A stretch of DNA of 64,000 bases, from contig CAWBBV010000002.1 in the NCBI GenBank assembly GCA_963787125.1, positions 1-64,000 on the forward strand, written 5' to 3'. Positions 9,788 through 18,260 of the stretch are shown piece by piece. The notes below the pieces were generated by a model. The model saw only the letters and a list, made by a program, of their open reading frames with translations. It was not told where the DNA came from and did no database searches. A program made the translations under genes and the position numbers. Within the stretch, counting starts at the first letter, position 1. Every line of letters starts with the position of its first letter. Source of the stretch: an uncultured delta proteobacterium. GTDB lineage: Bacteria; Desulfobacterota; Desulfuromonadia; Geobacterales; DSM-12255.

Positions 9788-11563
9788 TCATGTCAGCCTT
9801 TGGGTCACAGGGAGGGAGAGAATCGCTGTTGTGCCTGTTTCCGGGGTAGATTCAAAACGGAGTGTGCCGCCATGCTCCTTGACAATCCCAGCCGATACTG
9901 ACAGGCCGAGGCCGGTGCCGCCGGTATCACGCTTGGTGGTAAAAAACGGGTCAAAGAGGTACTGGAGATGCTCTTCCGCAATGCCAACCCCCTCGTCCCT
10001 GACCGTGACAACAACCTGCTGCTGCTTATGATCGAACCCGGTATTTAATAATACCGCCTTGTCCATATCCGGTAGTGCCTGGCAGGCGTTCAGCACCAGA
10101 TTGACAATGACCTGTTCGATGCGTTGACCGTTCGCGAAGATTTTCGGCAGCTCCTCGTCATAACTGGCAGAAAAGCGCCGGGTAGCCGAGCGAATCGTCG
10201 GGTCGACCAACCGCAGGGCAGTGCGGACCGCGTCATTGATGTCAATAAACTCCTTGTTGCCGACATCATCACGGCGGGCAAAATCCTTGAGATCGTTGAC
10301 GATGCGCTTGATCCGCTTGGCGCTGTCCTGCATCTCTTCGAGAATCCGGGGAATCTCAGCCCGCATTTCCGAGTAAGGGATACCTCCCAGAATGAAGTCG
10401 CCCTCCGCCTGATATCTGTCTTCAAGGATCTCGGCAGCATCATCGTGAACGCGTTTCAGGATCGGAATATCCAGCAGCAGCAGCCCGTTGGGATTGTTAA
10501 TTTCATGGGCAACGCCGGAGACAAGGGTGCCAAGGGACGCCATTTTGTCCGCCTGGATCAGTTTATTCTGGTGACGTCTGAGCTCTTCCAGCGCCTTGTT
10601 CCGCTCAATCACTTCCTGGCCGAGCTCAGCAGTCCGGCTGGCCACCTGACTCTGCAGCGTTCTTGACCAGAAAACCGTAATGGTCAGGATGACTAGCAAA
10701 GGGATCAGGACCATTGCCCCGTATTTTATGGCCAGATCCTTCGTAACCCGCGGCGGCTCGTTTATGCCGAGCCACTTGTCATAGATAACCTTATACTGGC
10801 CGGTTTTTGTCAAGATTGCCAACCCTTCGCTGAAGCGGGTCAAGAGTTCACTGTTCCCTTTGGCAACGCCGTAACCGTACTGCTGGTTGAAGACCGAACG
10901 GGCAACCGGCACAAGGTTGGAAAGGTGCAGCTCCCGGATCAGGTACATGCCGGGGAGCATGGCAACGACGGCATAGTCGTGCTGGCCGGAAGCCAGCAGC
11001 CGCAGCGCTTCCGACGGCGTTGGCGTCAGAATCAGGTCAGGACCGAAACCCATTTTCACCAAGGTTTCATGCATGATACCATCGCGAAAGACTATGACTT
11101 TTTTGCCGCGCAGCTCTTCCAGGGTTTTCACCGGGGGAGTCTCCTTGCGGGCGAAAATTGCGTGGTGAATAATGGTGTGCGGCGGGGAGAAGTCTACTGA
11201 TCTGGCCCTAACGTCGGAAAAGGAGATTCCCTGAAGGATGTCGATTTTTTGCTTCAGCAGTCCGCTGCGCATGTCGGACCAGTCGCCGAAGCGGAATTCG
11301 ACTTTCATCCCCATGACTTCGGCAATGGCTCTGGTCAGATCCACATTGTAGCCGGCCGGGTGGCCGTCCTTGTCGATGAATTCGTAGGGCGGGTAGGCGC
11401 GGTCGCCACCGACGATGATAGCCGGCCCACTGACGGCGGTATCGGCATAGTCCGGTGTGGGGAGTTCGGCATGGGCAGCAGCTGTTGCACAGCAAGAAAA
11501 GAAGAGCATAAATGCAAATACATCAAGCTTGAAACAGCGCAGTAATTTAAGATGAGTAGACAT
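9788..11563 (-). CDS. Sensor histidine kinase with periplasmic solute-binding domain
   Basis: GGDRAYPPYEF binding-protein domain, one TM, HEINNP H-box, FFTTK/GTGLGL HATPase. Confidence 0.92.
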   Translation of the reverse strand: MSTHLKLLRCFKLDVFAFMLFFSCCATAAAHAELPTPDYADTAVSGPAIIVGGDRAYPPYEFIDKDGHPAGYNVDLTRAIAEVMGMKVEFRFGDWSDMRSGLLKQKIDILQGISFSDVRARSVDFSPPHTIIHHAIFARKETPPVKTLEELRGKKVIVFRDGIMHETLVKMGFGPDLILTPTPSEALRLLASGQHDYAVVAMLPGMYLIRELHLSNLVPVARSVFNQQYGYGVAKGNSELLTRFSEGLAILTKTGQYKVIYDKWLGINEPPRVTKDLAIKYGAMVLIPLLVILTITVFWSRTLQSQVASRTAELGQEVIERNKALEELRRHQNKLIQADKMASLGTLVSGVAHEINNPNGLLLLDIPILKRVHDDAAEILEDRYQAEGDFILGGIPYSEMRAEIPRILEEMQDSAKRIKRIVNDLKDFARRDDVGNKEFIDINDAVRTALRLVDPTIRSATRRFSASYDEELPKIFANGQRIEQVIVNLVLNACQALPDMDKAVLLNTGFDHKQQQVVVTVRDEGVGIAEEHLQYLFDPFFTTKRDTGGTGLGLSVSAGIVKEHGGTLRFESTPETGTTAILSLPVTQRLT

Positions 11564-11606
11564 GCAATCCTCCGGACGGGCAAGGTTCCCCTTGGAGATC
11601 CTGCTT

Positions 11607-12044
11607 TCAATACCCTATCGCCGTGTAGTAGACTTTCTGGCTGCTCGACCAGCTGTATACCCCGGCAGTGAAGTTTGTATTTGTCAGAGCTCGCAAGTAG
11701 ATCACATATGATTGAACATACATCTGCGGAAATAAAGGTGTGAATGTGACGGATGTTACGGTATTTGGAAACGGTATAGAAAAGGTTTCATCTGCCACCT
11801 GCCCTGTTCCGACACCTATGATAAAAGTGCCCCACTGCATAATCAGACCGTTTGGAAGCTTTGTCCAGCCTTTGGCGTCAAGCACCCCTGTTACTCCGCC
11901 ATGCAGTGTTGTGCCGTTCAGAAACCTGATCCCGCCTACTCCGGCATTGATTGTGCCGTTTACCTTCAGATCTCCGTTGCCTGCATTGGCGGTGACGGCT
12001 GTTGTGATTATAGCGGCGAAGATCAGCAGTTTCAGCTTTCTCAT
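11607..12044 (-). CDS. Secreted protein with phage tail-fibre C-terminal (gp53-like) domain
   Basis: Signal peptide MRKLKLLIFAAIITTAVTANA; GWTKLPNGLIMQWG...FSIPFPN motif. Confidence 0.7.
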   Translation of the reverse strand: MRKLKLLIFAAIITTAVTANAGNGDLKVNGTINAGVGGIRFLNGTTLHGGVTGVLDAKGWTKLPNGLIMQWGTFIIGVGTGQVADETFSIPFPNTVTSVTFTPLFPQMYVQSYVIYLRALTNTNFTAGVYSWSSSQKVYYTAIGY

Positions 12045-12111
12045 TTCTATACCCCTTTAGTATCTGAATTCTGTCAGTTAATTCTCTTACGACTGCCACC
12101 AATCTGCTGCC

Positions 12112-15100
12112 TTATTCAACTACGCTGATGTTCTCCAGTACGACTGTGCCCGTCCGGATATCCGGCTCACCATGAAGCGCGGTTTCGTATGCATTTGACG
12201 TGAAACTGCATTTATAGCCGCCATCAATAGTTACATCTATCCCTCTGTTGGCGACAAAATTCTCATAGATATCCGTTGCCAGAAGTTTGATGCTGCTGCC
12301 ATCCGGCGCGGCATTATAGGCGGCTTGAATTGACGGATAGACGCTGCCATTTACAAAGGTCGGGTTGGCGCTACAGGCAGCAATCGGAATTTCAATAAAA
12401 GTGGCGGTTACAGAATAATCACTACTCATGATCAGATTGCAGCTGCCTGTACCGCTGCATGCGCCTGACCAGCCGCTGAAGCTATAGCCGAAGTCAGGAT
12501 TTGCTGTGAGGGCGACGGTTGAATTCAGCGTATAAGCAGCTGTACAGCTGTTGCCGCAGTTGATCCCGGCGGGTGAACTCGTAACTGTTCCAAAGCCATT
12601 TCCGGTCTTGGCAATTGAGATAGTCGGCAACGTGCCGATGCCGTTCAGCGAAACGCTAAAAACCGGTGTTTGCGGATCATTGGAGGAGAAGAGAATACTT
12701 GCGGTTTTGGCTCCGGTTGAGGCGGGGCTAAAAACAACCTGAACGGTGCAGGTCGCTGTGGGTGCGAGGGTGCGGCCTGAACAGGTATCACCTGAAGCGA
12801 TGAACTCGGCTGTGTCTGTTCCGGTCAGAGACAGAGTTCCAAGTATCAGGTCATGAGACCCTGAACTTGACACGGTAATTGTCTGCGGAGAGGTAGCAGT
12901 CCCGGCATAAACACTCCCCAGGCTTTCTGAAGATGGCACTACGTATATCTTTGCTGCGCTAAACAGCGCCGTTACGGCCATGTCGCCTGTCATAGTGACT
13001 GTACAGCTGCCAGTGCCGCTGCATCCGCCGCCGGACCAGCCGATGAATGTGGCGTCGCCAGCAGGGGAAGCGGTGAGAGTGACCTGATCGCCATTAATAA
13101 AAGAAGAACTACAGTTACTTGAACAGTTGATGCCTGAAGGAGTGCTGCTGACTGTGCCTGAAGCTGGGGTGTTGACGGCAACTGAGAGAGCGGACTGATA
13201 ACTTGAGCCGCCAATCTGCAGTCCATCGACAATCACGGTGCCGCTGCTGATCGTCAAAGCCCCTTGCAGAACGGATTTACCGGCAGTGTCGATAAAGTTG
13301 CCGTTGTAGCCGCCGCGCAGGGTTGTGTTGACCGAGCGGTTAAAATTCAGCGATTCATTGAAGTTGGTCGCCATGAGCTTTAGTTCGTTGCCGTTGGTGA
13401 CGGAATTATAGGCGCTCTGGATGGAGGCGAAACCAATACCTTCAAGGCTGCTGGCAGCGCTTGTCATTACCGACATGCCTGCCTGACCGGAAAGGGGAAT
13501 TACATATGTTGGTGAAGTCGATCCGGTTGACGGGATGATAAGGCTTGCAGTCTTGTTTCCTGCTGTTGCAGGGGAAAATCTCGCTTTGATCATGCACGAA
13601 GCTGCCGGAGCAAGCTGCCCGCTGCAACCGTTGGCGGTGATGCTGAAATCGGCGAGATTGGCTCCGGCAAGCTGCACAGGAGTAAACGTTATTGATTGTG
13701 CTCCGCTGTTGAAGACAATAAAGGTATGTTCCGGTGAAGATGAGCTGGTGGCAACGGATTGAAAGTCGCCGGAATACGATGCAGCAACTGTCGGCGCGAT
13801 GCTGGTGAAGTTGGCAACAAGGGTGCTGTCACCGGTGACGTTGAAGGTGTAGGCCGGGGATGAACTGATGATGTCGCCGTTTGCTGTCCAATTATTAAAG
13901 TAGTAGCCAGGATTTGGGGTAGCCTTCACAGCCACTCTTGTATCCCATGGAGAATGATATTCTTCATAACTGCAGCAGGTGGATTGATAGCGTTTGTCGA
14001 GTATGCAGACGTCGTTTGCCGGTGTGCAGGCAGGGAGACGGTCGTTTTCCCGGTAAGCAGCCGTTATTCCGGATTGGGGGTCCGGCGTGCTGGTGGCGAT
14101 CTTTGGCAAGTCGCCAACTCCTACCGCAGCCCAGGCAAGATTGATCTGGTTGATTTCGCTGGGGGTGGCGGAGAGCTCTTTGACAGCGTCAACCATTTCA
14201 TCTCTTGCTTTACCAAAGGTCACAGTATCTTTTAGGGACCATTTCTCTGTGTTCGACTTAAACGCAATCTGCATAGCCCTGGCAATACCGACCCCTTGCA
14301 CTTCCACCTCATAATTTCTCCCCCCCGAGGCCAGCAGTGAGAACATCCTGTTCGGCACGCCGCTGTTATAATGAACCCAGCAATAATCGTTAATTATCGG
14401 ATCGGGAGTGCAACTGTCGGTTTCTCCCCAGTTGGGGGTATCTTTGTAATCGTTCGTCCAGGTATCTTTTTTCTGATAAATTACCGGCTGCGCGGGGTTT
14501 GAAAGAGTGGGATCGGCAAGGTCGCGCAGCAGACTGCCGTCTCCCCTGATGATTCTCCAGCTATTGTCGCCACGGGCCTGCTTGTGGGCAATTGCCATCC
14601 AGTCGGAAAAAGCCTCATGCAGCGCTCCGGTCTCTTTGCTATAAGCCAGCTTCGATGTAGAACCGGTTATTCCATGCGCCCATTCATGGGTGACAATATC
14701 TTGCGCACTGGCGCTGGTGCCGCCAATGACAAAGTTGACCGACTTGTCGGGCGGGTTGAAACATGCTGTAGCGGAGCCACATATACCGCTGCTTATTTCT
14801 ACAATATTCACCATGCTACTGCCGCTGTCGTCAAAGGAGTTGCGGCTAAAGCGCCTGGGTGTGGTGACCCGATCAAGTAGCGGATTCAGCAACGGATCGT
14901 AGAAATAGTCATACACCTTGGCCGTGTTGTCATGTGCGTCGATAGCCTTTTTCTGGCTCCCCGCTGTAGTCCAGCTGTCGCTGCTGTTGGTCAATGCTCC
15001 GGCAGTTGCCGAGCTGACCTGGGTGATAATGGCATTAGCTGAGCCCATGTCGCCTTTATGGCCGTCGATGTCCATGTTGGTTCGCCTGCTGATGTCCTTG

Positions 15101-16083
15101 AGGCGGTAAACTTCTGGATTTGAATTCAGGTCGTAACAGGTGTCAATATGGCTTTGACCGGTGCCGGTGCCGACTTCGGGCCAACAGTCAGCCGCACCGA
15201 CAATAAACTGCTTTGCTGTGGCTGGCGTCCCCCAACCAAGATCGTTCGCCGCAGTTACCGTCCAAGAATATTTGTGGGCTCTTTGCAGACTGATACTGCT
15301 GTCCGAACCTGTATTGAAACTTGTTGCGCCGGTTTCGATGGTTTTGTTCAGGCTGCCGCCGTCCGTCAGATTGAGAGTGTATTTTGTGGCATTAGTTACT
15401 GCTGACCAGACAAGATTCACGCTGTCGGAGCCGACCCAGCTTGGGGCAACAAAGGTGCGATGAGCAGGAGAAGTCAGGGTGGGAGCCCCGGCGATGGGCG
15501 ACATGACCCGGAAACCAAGTGCCGCTTGTGCAAACGCTGCCCCTTCTTTCCGTACCCATGGGCTGGTTGCATAAGTGTTTCCGTGACAGACCGAGCAATA
15601 GGGTTCAGGGTAGGCGCAACGCTCCGCATAGACTCCGTACATATTGAACGTGGCGTTGTGAGAGTTGTCAGTAAGTGACATCACGTTGATAGCAGCTATT
15701 TTGTCCTGGTTGTCGCCGATACGTACGTCCGCAACGTTACTGCTACTGCCGTTGTCGATACTGTATTTGAGGCTGGCGATGATGGAGCCTGGATAGGCGT
15801 CATTCAAATAGTCAGTCTGCTCTATTAAGCCGTACCATCTGGGATCGGGGTTATCGACAGGGTAACCGGGACCACAATAGATACCGGTCTGGATTATTCC
15901 TGAAGACGGAAGGTTAACAGTAAAGCCGATCCCGGCGTCGAAAGAACCGCTCTGCTTGTTAATTAATGTGTTGTTCGCCGGATAGTCCACCCAGATGCTG
16001 CCGGTGCGGCCCCAGACGTATTCTGCACTAACAGAGCAGAGCGCCAATAGCACAAAAACAATCCGTATAGTTCGTAAGCTCAT
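12112..16083 (-). CDS. Secreted M4 (thermolysin-like) metallopeptidase with Ig-like/B-repeat modules
   Basis: Signal peptide; HEWAH (14674-14688), GALHEAFSD, VHYNSG; repeated GTVSSxPxGINC...F.GWSG modules; CSVCH motif near the N-terminus. Confidence 0.9.
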   Translation of the reverse strand: MSLRTIRIVFVLLALCSVSAEYVWGRTGSIWVDYPANNTLINKQSGSFDAGIGFTVNLPSSGIIQTGIYCGPGYPVDNPDPRWYGLIEQTDYLNDAYPGSIIASLKYSIDNGSSSNVADVRIGDNQDKIAAINVMSLTDNSHNATFNMYGVYAERCAYPEPYCSVCHGNTYATSPWVRKEGAAFAQAALGFRVMSPIAGAPTLTSPAHRTFVAPSWVGSDSVNLVWSAVTNATKYTLNLTDGGSLNKTIETGATSFNTGSDSSISLQRAHKYSWTVTAANDLGWGTPATAKQFIVGAADCWPEVGTGTGQSHIDTCYDLNSNPEVYRLKDISRRTNMDIDGHKGDMGSANAIITQVSSATAGALTNSSDSWTTAGSQKKAIDAHDNTAKVYDYFYDPLLNPLLDRVTTPRRFSRNSFDDSGSSMVNIVEISSGICGSATACFNPPDKSVNFVIGGTSASAQDIVTHEWAHGITGSTSKLAYSKETGALHEAFSDWMAIAHKQARGDNSWRIIRGDGSLLRDLADPTLSNPAQPVIYQKKDTWTNDYKDTPNWGETDSCTPDPIINDYCWVHYNSGVPNRMFSLLASGGRNYEVEVQGVGIARAMQIAFKSNTEKWSLKDTVTFGKARDEMVDAVKELSATPSEINQINLAWAAVGVGDLPKIATSTPDPQSGITAAYRENDRLPACTPANDVCILDKRYQSTCCSYEEYHSPWDTRVAVKATPNPGYYFNNWTANGDIISSSPAYTFNVTGDSTLVANFTSIAPTVAASYSGDFQSVATSSSSPEHTFIVFNSGAQSITFTPVQLAGANLADFSITANGCSGQLAPAASCMIKARFSPATAGNKTASLIIPSTGSTSPTYVIPLSGQAGMSVMTSAASSLEGIGFASIQSAYNSVTNGNELKLMATNFNESLNFNRSVNTTLRGGYNGNFIDTAGKSVLQGALTISSGTVIVDGLQIGGSSYQSALSVAVNTPASGTVSSTPSGINCSSNCSSSFINGDQVTLTASPAGDATFIGWSGGGCSGTGSCTVTMTGDMAVTALFSAAKIYVVPSSESLGSVYAGTATSPQTITVSSSGSHDLILGTLSLTGTDTAEFIASGDTCSGRTLAPTATCTVQVVFSPASTGAKTASILFSSNDPQTPVFSVSLNGIGTLPTISIAKTGNGFGTVTSSPAGINCGNSCTAAYTLNSTVALTANPDFGYSFSGWSGACSGTGSCNLIMSSDYSVTATFIEIPIAACSANPTFVNGSVYPSIQAAYNAAPDGSSIKLLATDIYENFVANRGIDVTIDGGYKCSFTSNAYETALHGEPDIRTGTVVLENISVVE

Positions 16084-16118
16084 GCCTTTCAGATAACACT
16101 CCAGCTAACAGATTAGAC

Positions 16119-17033
16119 TCAATTTATAATAATAAGGTCACGTTTTTCCAGCACATCTCCAGTGAATGCGTCGAACAGAATTTGCCAACGGCTCTCCACC
16201 TTCCAGAGAATGTAAGGGGGGGTGGGGATGGCAATCTTCTGAACTGTCATTGACTTTTTGATGTTGGTCAGATCCGAATAGTGATCCACTTCTTTAAACA
16301 CTTTTACGGCGATTTCACGGATTTGCTCTTCTGGCAGGGTGTCTTGTTTAGCCATTGCGTAGAGTTGAGGCGGGGCAAGTTCCAGCGTAGCAGAAACTGA
16401 GCTTATAAATAGTTCCGGACTGACAGTTACACGTATTGCTGTATCGTCTAGAGAAATGCCATTTATATGCCGACCGAAAAAAATATTTGTATAACCTTCA
16501 GCGCTTACAACAATTCTATGTGATATATATTCATTCAAATCCGTTATTCCAAGCAAATCAGCTTCCTCTTCTAAAAAAGCCAACGCAATTGCTTCAGCAT
16601 TGGAGTCTTTATTTAACTTTAAAACAAGTGAATTGTTTTTTTTCGGAATATTTGTCGGCGACATTTTTCCACTTATATGCAAATGACCTTTCGGCCCATG
16701 CGGAGTATGCTCAAGCCTTATTGTTAACGCTTCCTTATCAAGATCATATTTTTTCAGAAGCATCTTTTTCAGCTCCTTGTTTTTTTGCTTGTTCTCAGGG
16801 GATTCCTCCGGTTTTGGCTTGGCTGGATAAGTGGTTCCTGCCGATTTTGGAGGTACGGGGTATGAGTCCGTAGGAATGGCAGTCGGCGCTGCGCCGCTGG
16901 TGGTGTAGTAGATGGTTTGCGGCTCTGACGCGGGCAATGACAGGGCATTAGCGGCTGTTGCTGCGCCAGCGGGGTTAAGCAGCGTGATGATGGTGAGGTG
17001 AAGCAGCAGCATGATAGTTGTTCTTGATAACAT
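16119..17033 (-). CDS. Exported FTP/PepSY-like propeptide protein
   Basis: Start at ATG 17033 with AGGAG RBS; signal peptide; ALAFLEE...LLG, FGRHINGI and WQILFDAFTGDVL resemble FTP and PepSY motifs. Confidence 0.7.
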   Translation of the reverse strand: MLSRTTIMLLLHLTIITLLNPAGAATAANALSLPASEPQTIYYTTSGAAPTAIPTDSYPVPPKSAGTTYPAKPKPEESPENKQKNKELKKMLLKKYDLDKEALTIRLEHTPHGPKGHLHISGKMSPTNIPKKNNSLVLKLNKDSNAEAIALAFLEEEADLLGITDLNEYISHRIVVSAEGYTNIFFGRHINGISLDDTAIRVTVSPELFISSVSATLELAPPQLYAMAKQDTLPEEQIREIAVKVFKEVDHYSDLTNIKKSMTVQKIAIPTPPYILWKVESRWQILFDAFTGDVLEKRDLIIIN

Positions 17034-17101
17034 TGCCAGACTCCTGTGCCCATTCTTGAATAATAATATCCTTACTCCAACATTATATCTGTTCGTTTTA
17101 C

Positions 17102-17302
17102 TCATGGCATTGTTCTCCCTCCGAACATAGAGAACAACAACCATCCGGTCACTCCCGCACCAACAAGGATGAGCAGCGCCCATTTGACCGCAAGCACGCC
17201 TAAAAACAGCTTCACTCCGCTCCAGGGCCGATCCAGCCAGCGTGAAAGTAAATACGCCAGAAGGACGCCGACAACCGCGCTGATGGCAAAAGCAGGTGAC
17301 AT
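17102..17302 (-). CDS. Small membrane protein, hypothetical
   Basis: 66 aa, hydrophobic; start overlaps the upstream stop (TGATG). Confidence 0.45.
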   Translation of the reverse strand: MSPAFAISAVVGVLLAYLLSRWLDRPWSGVKLFLGVLAVKWALLILVGAGVTGWLLFSMFGGRTMP

Positions 17303-17883
17303 CAGCCTTTCCCCTCCACCAGGGCAATCTCCTGATAGAACCAGTCGGTGTTGCTGCTGACCAGCAGGCCGTCATGCCACTCTTTGTAGCTTTTGACGAG
17401 TTTCTGATTGCCGAAGAAGAACCGTTCGAAATCGGCGGCATCGAAGATGTACCACTCGAAGATATTGCAGACGATCAGGCGCTTGATCTCCTGATTACCC
17501 TTGATGTAACGCTCCTGCATGTAGTAGTGCAGCAGTTCGTGCAGCGCCTTGGTATTGGGGCGTTCAGGGGTGATCATCTCGTTTTTGTTGGAAGGTTTTT
17601 TCGTCTCGATAATGACGGCAACGGTATCGGCAGAGCTTGTGCCGTTGTGAATGACCAGATCGGTCCGACCGCTGGTGTTGATCTCGTTGGTCTGCTTGTA
17701 CCAGGTATCCTTGAGGAAGTCAGAGACGATATTTTTCAGGTGTTCTTCGTGCTCGTCAGTGCGGATACGCTCGAAAAGCCGGGACAGATTGGTTTTGAAC
17801 AGTTCAAGCTGTTCACGTTTGAGGCTCTGTTTGAGATAGGCCTTGTTGAGGGACCTGGCAGGGTATATCAACAGCAGCTTCAT
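17302..17883 (-). pseudogene. N-terminal stub of a type IIG restriction-modification enzyme
   Basis: EEHLKN...DLVIH...IIETKKP PD-(D/E)xK nuclease region; ends at 193 aa with no methyltransferase domain. Confidence 0.72.
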
Positions 17884-18071
17884 GGCAACACCTCATAAAG
17901 TAGCGATTACGGGACGATCATAATCGACATAAAAGCCCGCTCACACTACAACGCCAACGCCATGCTGTCAACGCTCTAAAGTGGCCAGAATTGCACTGTT
18001 TTTATCGGTTCTCGCCGTACGGGCCACAAACGCTGTTCAACGTTAATCAACACAAAACAGATTTAAAAACC

Positions 18072-18148
18072 AAAATTCCGGCCGGCCGGAATTCCGCTCT
18101 AACCATCGGTTTTATAACAGTTCACCTCTAAAAAAGGGCCAAATATTT
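18072..18148. repeat. ~77-bp intergenic element with hairpin, copy 2
   Basis: Direct-orientation homologue of 8207-8283. Confidence 0.7.
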
Positions 18149-18260
18149 TCGGGGCAAGGTACTTGTCACCTCCGCTGGACCCTGGCCGGTCGCGAGCCAG
18201 GCTGATGCCGATAAGTAAGTCTACATATCGAGTGCGGTCATATTTCTGAAAGACCACCTG

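Noticed and set aside
11607..12044. Prophage
   Set aside because: Only one tail-fibre-like domain; no capsid, terminase or integrase genes
17034..17441. N-terminal extension of ORF 16119-17441
   Set aside because: Overlaps two other ORFs; ATG 17033 has an RBS and a signal peptide
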